Part shown: positions 25,517 through 34,820 of the stretch, in pieces
Layout of the letters: each line of letters opens with the position of its first letter
Numbering within the stretch: position 1 is the first letter of the stretch
Assembly (NCBI RefSeq): GCF_036971445.1
Contig: NC_091473.1
Location: 211,730,001 to 211,794,000 of the forward strand
Origin: Narcine bancroftii
Lineage: Eukaryota
DNA length: 64,000 bases
Direction of reading: 5' to 3'
Program-made: the position numbers and the translations under genes
The notes under the pieces: generated by a model
Told to the model about the DNA's origin: nothing
The model's database searches: none
Seen by the model: the letters and a program-made list of their open reading frames with translations, nothing else

Positions 25517-26501
25517 ATGGGCAACTAATTAGTTGCCCATTCAGAGCCAGCTCTTCAGCGCTTGACGTCCTGCTTTGCGGAAACTGCCAAAATGTTTGGC
25601 CTGGAAGTCAGCCTGAAGAAAACTGAGGTCCTCCATCAGCCAGCTCCCCACCATGACTACCAGCCCCCCCACATCTCCATCGGGCACACAAAACTCAAAA
25701 CGGTCAACCAGTTTACCTATCTCGGCTGCACCATTTCATCAGATGCAAGGATCGACAATGAGATAGACAACAGACTCGCCAAGGCAAATAGCGCCTTTGG
25801 AAGACTACACAAAAGAGTCTGGAAAAACAACCAACTGAAAAACCTCACAAAGATAAGCGTATACAGAGCCGTTGTCATACCCACACTCCTGTTCGGCTCC
25901 GAATCATGGGTCCTCTACCGGCACCACCTACGGCTCCTAGAACGCTTCCACCAGCGTTGTCTCCGCTCCATCCTCAACATCCATTGGAGCGCTTACACCC
26001 CTAACGTCGAAGTACTCGAGATGGCAGAGGTCGACAGCATCGAGTCCACGCTGCTGAAGATCCAGCTGCGCTGGATGGGTCACGTCTCCAGAATGGAGGA
26101 CCATCGCCTTCCCAAGATCGTGTTATATGGCGAGCTCTCCACTGGCCACCGTGACAGAGGTGCACCAAAGAAAAGGTACAAGGACTGCCTAAAGAAATCT
26201 CTTGGTGCCTGCCACATTGACCACCGCCAGTGGGCTGATAACGCCTCAAACCGTGCATCTTGGCGCCTCACAGTTTGGCGGGCAGCAACCTCCTTTGAAG
26301 AAGACCGCAGAGCCCACCTCACTGACAAAAGGCAAAGGAGGAAAAACCCAACACCCAACCCCAACCAACCAATTTTCCCTTGCAACCGCTGCAATCGTGT
26401 CTGCCTGTCCCGCATCGGACTTGTCAGCCACAAACGAGCCTGCAGCTGACGTGGACTTTTTACCCCCTCCATAAATCTTCGTCCGCGAAGCCAAGCCAAA
26501 G
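25517..26501 (+). mobile_element. 5'-truncated RTE-clade LINE inside the ERV-A 5' LTR
   Basis: Uninterrupted ORF to 26449 (LVAHSEPALQRL...FTYLGC...LRWMGHVSRMEDHRLPK...CNRCNRVCLSRIGLVSH). 11-bp TSD aactaattaga at 25506-25516 and 26502-26512. Confidence 0.93.
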
Positions 26502-27509
26502 AACTAATTAGATATGTAGAACTTGGTACTTCTGTCTAGGGCTAGGAGACCCTTATCTCATCCAGACTACCTCAACTTCCTACACTCTATTGTTCCTTAC
26601 TGCTCCTTATCTTATTCATATGGTGGGCTCATTGATCTTGTCACAAAGACTAGAAGATTCTTATCTTAAATGTGCTGACTCTGCTTTCCTGCATCCTAAT
26701 TCCCAAGCTCATCCTATTTGTACTGGTTACATTCATTTACTAATGTATGAATTTTAGTTTCCTTCATGTTCATAATTTTAGATCAGTTTTCTCATCTCTC
26801 ACAATATCAATAAGATTGAAAAAGTGCAGAAAAGATTTACTAGGACTTCAGGAACTGAGTTACAAGGATAGGTTTAACAGGTAAAGACTTCATTCCCCAG
26901 AATGTAGAAGATTATGGGGAGATTTGATAGAGGTATTTAAAATTATAAGTCAGAGTAAATGAGGATAGGCTTTTTCCACTTAGGGTACATGAGACGGAAA
27001 TAAAGGACATGGGTTAAGAATGAAAGGTGATAAGTTTAGGGAAACATGATGGGGAACTTCACACAGGAGTGGGTGGGAGTGTGGAACGAATTGCCAACTG
27101 AGATGGTGAATGTGGGCTCAATATTAACATTTAAGAAGAAGTTGGACAGGAACATGGATGGAAGAGATATGGAGGGCTGTGGACTGGATGAAGGTCTGTG
27201 GGATTAGGTGATTAAAAAGGTTTGGCACAGACTAGAAAGGCCAAAGTGGCCTGTTTCTGTGCTGTCATGTTCTATGGTAACGGGCGATTTGGCCCACAAG
27301 TCTGTGCCACCCAATTTATACCCAATTAACTGACACCCATGGTACATTTCAAATCCATCCTGTTTCTATTTCATACTTTAAAGGTGGTCAGTCTGTGGCC
27401 TTTCCAAATAGCTGTTAAAATCTGGAATTCATTAGTGACCTGGTTTGCGAATGCTATCAAGGTATAGATAACATTACCTATGAGTTTGGAGACACTGTGA
27501 TTGTAGAAA

Positions 27510-27828
27510 AAACACACAGAAATGCTGGAGAGACTCAGCCTGTCTCGTAGCATCCAGAGGAGGTAAAGATATAACCAACATTTCGGGGCTCAGTCCTTCA
27601 GGAATAAGCAGAGAACAGAAAGGCTCAAAATAAAGACAAGGCTGGCTGGGAGAGAAGTCCAGAATAACAAAAGGATATTGGATATGATAAATGGAAGGGT
27701 GAGAATTGTGAAAGGAGACAGAGGGAAAGGAAAGAGAGAGAGGCAGAGTTAGGGAAAGGCACAGGGTATGAAGGGGAGGTGTGGGGGGATTTAACAAAAA
27801 ACAGAAAGGTCGATGTTAATGCCATCCA
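27510..27828 (-). mobile_element. Penelope-like element terminal fragment (paralog ~62683-63003)
   Basis: acacagaaatgctggagagactcagc...catccagaggaggtaaagatata...tttcggggctcagtccttcagg resembles elasmobranch Penelope ends as recalled, not searched. Confidence 0.6.
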
Positions 27829-28120
27829 CTTACTTATGCAATCAACTAAGAAAGTTACTTCATGCCAAGGGAATAACAAGATTTCCCATTTTTCTCCATG
27901 TGAAATTGTCTAATGAAACGATTCTATGATATAGAATCAAGCCATCTCTTTTTCCATGAAATTTGTGGCATCAAATTTTCCTCTGCATGTGGGAATGGTG
28001 TCACATTTCATGTTCTGTTAAATCATAGATGTCATTTGATTCATAGAACACTACAGTATAATACAGGCATTTTGGTTTTCAGTGTTGTGCCCCAACCCAT
28101 AATAGTCCCTTTAATAAGTA

Positions 28121-28548
28121 CAGGTGCTCCCCTACTTACGATGGTGCGACGTGATTTTTCTACATTACAGTGGTTCAAATCCACGCTTTCAGTTTCGAAT
28201 TCTGATCTGCTCCCACGCTTGCGATTTGTGGTACACTAGTCTCTTGCGATGCTGACTCAACCATACTCGCAGTCTTTGTAGCAATCACACAAATGAGTGA
28301 AATTGATGACCCTGTCGCTTTAGCATTTCCACCATCCACCAATTAATTTGAGTTCAATGCTTCAAACATTTTTCATGTCCAGTGTGCTTTCAACTGTGTA
28401 GATTAATGTATTTTTTCAGTGTGTTATAAAGGTATTCAAAATTTAGTTCTAAAAATTGATAGATGCGGTATTCTTTATCAACTTACGATTTTATGACCTA
28501 TGATGGGTTTACTGGAACATAACCCCATCATATGTTGAGGAGCACCTG
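28121..28548. mobile_element. Tigger/pogo-type MITE
   Basis: TA-caggtgctcccctacttacg ... tatgttgaggagcacctg: terminal inverted repeats, left TA flank. Confidence 0.8.
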
Positions 28549-28578
28549 TTCAAAACCCTCCCTATTATGGTGCCTTAT

Positions 28579-29268
28579 TGTTAGGAATTAAAGTACCTTT
28601 AAAGAAATTGCTCGAGACAAAAATTGAGAACAAAGAACATTTATTACTACAACAATGCAAAGTTGGGTGCTTCCCCTTACCCTGGGAATACACACACATA
28701 CTGGGGCTCACCCAACTTTTATACAGTCAATTTCAGCATCAGAATGCCCTCCCCCCTTACATTCTTCTGCCCCCTGGATGGGTTTGGCATAGGCAATTCT
28801 TCCTGCCTACGTGCAACTTCAGTATACTTGGAGGACCAGGGGGTATCCTGTCGGTGTCCCTTCATGTTATTGTCCTTATTCACACCTTCCTGATTCTCGG
28901 GGCTACAGTCTCTTGATATGCAGAGTTGACTCATTCTATCTAGGGTTGGCTAATTTCATATGTATAAATCTGTGTATGGTTAGCTAATTAGAAATGTATG
29001 ACTTGGTACTTCTGTCCAGGGCTAGGAGACCCTTATCTGATCCAGACTACCTCAACTTCCTACATTCTATTGTACCTTACCATTCCTTATCTTAGTCCTA
29101 TGGTCTTGTCACAAAGGATAGAAGATTCTTATGTTAATCGTGCTGACTCTGCTTTCCTGCATCCTAAGCCCCAAACTTATCCTGTTTGAACTGGTTTCAG
29201 CCATTTTACTGATGAACTTTAGTTTCTTCAATGTTCATAATTTTAGGTCAATTTTCCCATCTCTCACA
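28579..29268 (-). repeat. ERV-B 3' LTR
   Basis: TG...CA; same sequence as 36710-37399 (offset 8131). Confidence 0.97.
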
Positions 29269-29640
29269 ATCCTCACTTTTCTTTTAGATCAGTAATACTG
29301 ATCTTTCACCATGATCAGTGTTACTGATCTTTGGTTACTAGTGTCAGTGTGACTGATCCCCCCCCCCCCCTTTCCTCACTTTTCTTTTAGATCAGTAACA
29401 CTGATCTTTCAAGTGTAAGGTGTAGTTTTACCCAGCTGGTCAATAACCGAATTGTAATGTCTGTGTAAAGTCTTTAGGTAGGGGAGCACCATGGAGGTCA
29501 GGGGAGTGAGTCCAGCTGCTTATTAGGGTTTGGAGTATCAGGCTCCAGTTCTCAGTAAAGAGTCTAGTCCATCCCATACGTTGAAATATGGAAGCAGTGT
29601 CTTTGAAGCACACGACCTTTGTAAGTGTTGTCCCGACGAA

Positions 29641-29920
29641 GTCTGTGAGAGGCGCTGCCTTCAGCAGCGAACGAGTCGCAGTCTATGAGAAGCGCTGCCT
29701 TCAGCAGCGAACGAGTCGCAGTCTATGAGAAGCGCTGCCTTCAGCAGCGAACGAGTCGCAGTCTATGAGAAGCGCTGCCTTCAGCAGCGAACGAGTCGCA
29801 GTCTATGAGAAGCGCTGCCTTCAGCAGCGAACGAGTCGCAGTCTATGAGAAGCGCTGCCTTCAGCAGCGAACGAGTCGCAGTCTATGAGAAGCGCTGCCT
29901 TCAGCAGCGAACGAGTAGCA
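29641..29920. repeat. 40-bp tandem array, 7 copies
   Basis: Unit gtctatgagaagcgctgccttcagcagcgaacgagtcgca. Confidence 0.97.
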
Positions 29921-30826
29921 GTAGTCAGGCGGTTCCGTTTGATTGTGGCTAGTATCTGATGTCCCCTTCAGCCCCGAACCCTAGGGCCACCGATCTCCGA
30001 AGGCTGTTTGGAGCCTGATATTAAAGTGTCAAGCAGCTCACGTTGTTGGAAACTGGTGCTCCCTTTCATGGGGTGATGAAAAGAGACCAAGCTGGGGGGG
30101 GATTGTTTCTTGTGATTTAACTGTGTGTTGCAGCTTGTCTGCTAACATTCATTGAACTTGTGAGTTGCAGCCTGTCTGTGTACATTAGCATATGTGTCAA
30201 CTCTCTCTCTCTCTGCTACATGTACAATCCAATGTCCTTTGTGAGGATTTTGACACCCTGCACTCTACTTCGCTCCTTTCCACGTTATATAACCACCAGA
30301 TGAGCAGCAGCTCCCTGAAAACAGGTGTTCCCCTTCAGGGATGCTCAGAGAGAGAGAGCCAGGTGGGGGATTATGTGTCTCGTGGTTGTGTGAAGTGTCT
30401 GTTTGTTTTGCGGTTAGCTTGTTAGTTTCCCCCTTTGTGTGAAATGTACATTGTTTATTTTGCGGTTAGTCTGTGTACACAGGTGCCTCACTGTGTGACT
30501 GCCTATCCCCACTGTGTTTCCCTGATCCGTATTCTAAATACCTTGCCTCTATGCCCTCTCTAGCCTGTAAAACAGTACAATCTGTAACCTCTGCTACCCC
30601 TTCTCCAGAAGTACTTAAAACATCGAGAGTAATCCACTAAAGCTGTTTAATTCCCCTGGTCCGAATTGGGATCCCTTATATCCCATTATGACTATACATT
30701 AAATCTATGCCCTGTCTACATTCTAAAGGAGCTGAATTGTAACCTCTGCTGCCCCTATTCCAGGGGGGCTTAAAACATTAACGAACAATATTCCAAAGAA
30801 ATTAGTAAAGAACAATGAAGAATACA

Positions 30827-31215
30827 TGTAAGCTCATTAAAATACAATAAGAACTGAATAAAACACAAAAAATGTAAAGATCATTGAAAACTGCAATAAA
30901 ACACAATAAGAACTGAATAAAACACAAGAAATGTAAAGCTCATTGAAAACTGCAATAAAACACAATAAGAACTGAATAAAACACAATAAATGTAAAGCTC
31001 ATTGAAAACTGCAATAAAACACAATAAGAACTGAATAAAACACAATAAATGTAAAGCTCATTGAAAACTGCAATAAAACACAATAAGAACTGAATAAAAC
31101 ACAATAAATGTAAAGCTCATTGAAAACTGCAATAAAACACAATAAGAACTGAATAAAACACAATAAATGTAAAGCTCATTGAAAACTGCAATAAAATACA
31201 ATAAGAACTGAATAA
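30827..31215. repeat. 59-bp tandem array, ~6.5 copies
   Basis: Unit tgtaaagctcattgaaaactgcaataaaacacaataagaactgaataaaacacaataaa. Confidence 0.95.
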
Positions 31216-31271
31216 TCAAAAGACAAGTAAAAAAAAAACAACAATAACTGAATAATCATAAAAAAATAACA

Positions 31272-34200
31272 TTACGGCACTTTGTCACGGCGCAGTGTAA
31301 GTTTCAGGTCTGATGGATAAGGAACTGCACGCCAGGTTGGGGTTTGAATCTGTGTGTCGTGGTGTTGTGGTTCAGAAGCCGGTTTAACCCTTTGAATGTG
31401 GGTCCAGCCTTTTTCTCTTGTTCTTACTGCGGTGTCTGTAATTAAAAGTACACAGAAGGGACCATCCCAGGCAGGTTTTAGTTGATCTTCTTGCCATGCT
31501 TTTATATAAACCCAATCTCCAGGTTTAATAGAATGTATAGGAAAGTCTAAGGGTGGTGTTTGGGCTAAGAGTCCTTTTTGCTTTAAATCTTGGATGGAAG
31601 TAGAAAGTCCTCGTAGAAATTTAGAAATGTATTGGTCATTAGCTTCAGGAATGGGAGAATCAGTGTGATATCCCATAAATGGGAGTCCAAACATCATCTC
31701 ATACGGTGAGACTGCGAGGTCTTTACGAGGTGCTGTCCTAATTCTAATCAGCGCTAACGGCAATGATTTAATCCAGGACAGACCAGTCTCTTCATGAAGT
31801 CGAGTGAGTTGGAGTTTCAATGTTTGATTCATACGCTCGACTCGCCCCGAGCTTTGGGGATGCCATGGGGTATGTAGTTGCCATTCTATTCCTAAGCTCT
31901 TGCAGACACCCTGTAGAATCTTAGAGGTGAAATGCGTACCTCTATCTGAATCAATGGTCTGCATCATACCGTATCGTGGAATGACACATTCAATAAGTAT
32001 TCGGATGACAGTGTTGGCACGATCATTCGGGGTAGGAAAAGCTTCAACCCATCTTGTGAAATGATCGACCATGACAAGGAGGAATTTGTAAATACCAATC
32101 TTAGGAAGTTCAGTAAAGTCTATCTGTATGCGCTGGAACGGGCGGACGGCAATGTCGCGACCGCCAGGTATTACTTGGCGCATCGATTTCTTATTAATCC
32201 TTTGACAAATGGGACAAGATCGAGTAGCAGATTTAGTAATATTGTATATGCCAAGGCAGTGAAGGGAACGTGTAAAAGCATCTATAAGGGACTGGGTTCC
32301 CCAATGTGTTTGTTGATGTAACTGATCTATGATTTGGCGGGCTATGGCTTTGTTAATAACTTGCCGTCCGTCTGCTGTCCACCACAACCCGTCGGCAGTC
32401 TGGCAAAATCCTTGATCTCTCATTGCAACCTCTTCTTCCCGTGTAAAGATGGGATTCTTTTTAATCTCTATTGACGTGGGTAGGAGCTGGTATAAATGAA
32501 TCCTTTCTGCTAATGCCGCCTGTTTGGCAGCTGCATCAGCCTGCCTGTTTCCTCTAGCTTCAGGACTGTTACCAGTCTGATGTCCACGTACATGTACAAT
32601 GGCAATATCGGACGGGAGTGCTAAAGCCTCTAGGGATCGGGTGATCAACTGTTCGTGAGCTAACTTTTGTCCTTTGCCAGTTATCATCCCCCTTTCCTTC
32701 CATATCTTACCGAAGGTGTGGACTACACCAAAAGCATATTTAGAATCAGTGTAGATCGTTCCTACCTTGTTTTCTAGTTCGTGGAGTGCTCTACAGAGGG
32801 CATATAACTCACAGGATTGTGCTGACCAATGGCCGGGGAGGCGACCAGCTTCGATCACAAGTCCCTGTTTACCGTCCACTACGCTATACCCGCTATAGCG
32901 GGTACCTGCAATACAACGTGAAGAACCATCAATAAACAGTTTTTCCCCTTCAGTTAAAGGGACATCGGTTAGGTCTTCCCTAATTTTTGTCTGTAAGTCG
33001 ATAACCTCTGAGCACGAATGTTCTAAAGTGTCCAAAGGCTGGTCATTAGCTGGGGAGATGAGGAAGGTTGCTGGGTTGAGAGTTTTGGTTGTAATTAAGG
33101 TCAAATCATTGCTGTCCATTAAGATCGTTTCGTATTTTAGGATTCTCGAATCCGTGAGCCACCTTCCAGCCCGCTGTAATAGAATATTGCGGACTGTATG
33201 AGGGGTATGCACTGTCATAGGGGCACCGAAAGTAATCTTTCGTCCTTCCTCTACCAAAATTGCAGTGGCTGCGACGGCTTGTATACATTCTGGCCAGCCG
33301 CGACAAACGGGGTCTAAAAGTTTTGACAGGAAAGCCACCGGTTGTCTATAGCCAGCCTTGCTCTGTGTGAGCACACCGGTGGCTGTTCCAGCTTTGGTAT
33401 TAGTGTACAAATCAAAGGTTTTGTTTAGATCTGGCAACACTAAAACTGGGGCACTCGTTAGGCATCGTTTAACAAAGTTGAATTTTTCAATCTCTTCATC
33501 CGTCCAGTCAAGGGTTTGGGATGTTACACTGGAAATCTTGTCATAAAGAAATTTGACCAGAATCGAATAATTCTCTATCCATATTCTACAGAATCCCACT
33601 AACCCAAGGAATTTCCTGAGTTCTTGAGTATTTTTGGGAGGGGGGATCTGTATAATACCAGTTATTCTTTCTGGGCTAATTTTCCTGGTTCCTTGACTAA
33701 CTAGATGACCTAAGTATTTGACCTCAGTTTGCACAAATTGTAATTTAGACTCACTGACTCTCAGACCTTTCTTCTCCAGAAAGTTTAAAAGTGCCACTGT
33801 GAAATCTTTAGCTAATTCCTGTGTTCTTGCAGTAATTAGCAAGTCATCCACATACTGTATGAGTTGGCAATTTTCAATCTTAGGAGCTTCATCTAATACC
33901 CGCTCTAAGACTTGACCAAATAAATTGGGTGATTCGGTAAAGCCTTGGGGAAGGACTGTCCACCGGTATTGGTTTTTACGGCCAGTAAAGGGGTTCTCCC
34001 ATTCAAAGGCGAACATGTCTCTGCTTTCTGTGGCCAATGGACAAGTCCAGAATGCATCCTTTAAATCAATGACACTAAACCATTGATTATGGGAGTCAAT
34101 TTTACTCATGATGGTATACGGGTTGGGTACAACCGGGTGACGGGCAAGAATGAATTTGTTAAGCTCTCTCATGTCCTGTACTAGGCGGTAAGTGCCGTCT

Positions 34201-34820
34201 GGCTTTTGAACAGGTAAAATCGGGGTATTAAAGGGAGACATACAGGGTTCGAGTATACCGTCTTGAATCAACTGGTCAATTACGGGCTGTAATCCTTTCC
34301 GGCCAGCCATCGGGATTGGGTACTGTTTCTGTCTAACAATTCGTTGAGGATCTTTTAGCGTGACTTGTAGCGGAGGAATATCAAGGATTCCTCTATTTCC
34401 CTTCCCTGCCCATACTCTTGGGTTTATCAGTTTGCGATCTTCTTCGTTTAAAACATAGAATTGAACTCCAATGCCTGATTGTAGAGGTCGAGTACCGATA
34501 GCCAATTGGTCCTGTAGATCCCTCCCTAGCAAGCATACTCCGGCTTGGGGAAGTAATAGAAGATCCTCAGTTATGATCTTATCTCCCATTTTTATACTGA
34601 CTTCTCGCAATACTGGGACTGGAAAGTCTCTACCTCCTACCCCAGAAACTGTGACTGTCCCTTCTATTTTCACCCCCTTCGGTTGGTATAGAACGCTAGA
34701 TCGGGCAGCTCCAGAATCGACCAGAAATGTCATCTTATCCCCGTGAGGTCCTATGCATAAATTAACTAACGGTTCTCCTTGCAGCCCCACAGTATGTATT
34801 AATTGAGAACCGTGACCCCC
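31272..34820 (-). CDS. pol: ERV-B Pro-Pol (PR-RT-RNase H-IN), expressed by readthrough
   Basis: Open frame of ~1182 codons with FLVDSGA, LPQGFTESP, YVDDLL, FIDGSS, YTDSKY, HHCC (LHQQTHWG...CPIC), IDFTE/DSDRG/GRVE. In frame with gag across one TAG. Confidence 0.97.
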   Translation of the reverse strand, partial: GGHGSQLIHTVGLQGEPLVNLCIGPHGDKMTFLVDSGAARSSVLYQPKGVKIEGTVTVSGVGGRDFPVPVLREVSIKMGDKIITEDLLLLPQAGVCLLGRDLQDQLAIGTRPLQSGIGVQFYVLNEEDRKLINPRVWAGKGNRGILDIPPLQVTLKDPQRIVRQKQYPIPMAGRKGLQPVIDQLIQDGILEPCMSPFNTPILPVQKPDGTYRLVQDMRELNKFILARHPVVPNPYTIMSKIDSHNQWFSVIDLKDAFWTCPLATESRDMFAFEWENPFTGRKNQYRWTVLPQGFTESPNLFGQVLERVLDEAPKIENCQLIQYVDDLLITARTQELAKDFTVALLNFLEKKGLRVSESKLQFVQTEVKYLGHLVSQGTRKISPERITGIIQIPPPKNTQELRKFLGLVGFCRIWIENYSILVKFLYDKISSVTSQTLDWTDEEIEKFNFVKRCLTSAPVLVLPDLNKTFDLYTNTKAGTATGVLTQSKAGYRQPVAFLSKLLDPVCRGWPECIQAVAATAILVEEGRKITFGAPMTVHTPHTVRNILLQRAGRWLTDSRILKYETILMDSNDLTLITTKTLNPATFLISPANDQPLDTLEHSCSEVIDLQTKIREDLTDVPLTEGEKLFIDGSSRCIAGTRYSGYSVVDGKQGLVIEAGRLPGHWSAQSCELYALCRALHELENKVGTIYTDSKYAFGVVHTFGKIWKERGMITGKGQKLAHEQLITRSLEALALPSDIAIVHVRGHQTGNSPEARGNRQADAAAKQAALAERIHLYQLLPTSIEIKKNPIFTREEEVAMRDQGFCQTADGLWWTADGRQVINKAIARQIIDQLHQQTHWGTQSLIDAFTRSLHCLGIYNITKSATRSCPICQRINKKSMRQVIPGGRDIAVRPFQRIQIDFTELPKIGIYKFLLVMVDHFTRWVEAFPTPNDRANTVIRILIECVIPRYGMMQTIDSDRGTHFTSKILQGVCKSLGIEWQLHTPWHPQSSGRVERMNQTLKLQLTRLHEETGLSWIKSLPLALIRIRTAPRKDLAVSPYEMMFGLPFMGYHTDSPIPEANDQYISKFLRGLSTSIQDLKQKGLLAQTPPLDFPIHSIKPGDWVYIKAWQEDQLKPAWDGPFCVLLITDTAVRTREKGWTHIQRVKPASEPQHHDTQIQTPTWRAVPYPSDLKLTLRRDKVP

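Larger units (their letters stand above)
20087..26803 (-). mobile_element. ERV-A: defective class I (gamma-like) provirus
   Basis: 3' LTR 20087-20801; 5' LTR 25092-26803 (RTE inside). TSD atat/atat. The empty site is visible in unit 2 (gaaagatatcaataag, ~58106). PBS tggggactcgtccgggat (tRNA-Pro, 1 mismatch) at 25072-25089. PPT aaaagaaaagtgaggat. gag is frameshifted and deleted; pol is reduced to the IN C-terminus. Confidence 0.95.
19870..27278 (+). mobile_element. Old CR1 3' relic interrupted by ERV-A
   Basis: RPNLEHCVQFWS at ~20027, continuing at 26804 to a CR1-type 3' end ...ctgtgctgtcatgttctatg. Confidence 0.75.
29375..31272 (-). pseudogene. env: ERV-B env relic
   Basis: TAATG overlap at 31272. 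Patchy homology to ERV-A env. No long ORF. Two tandem arrays and a foreign cassette inside. Confidence 0.8.
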
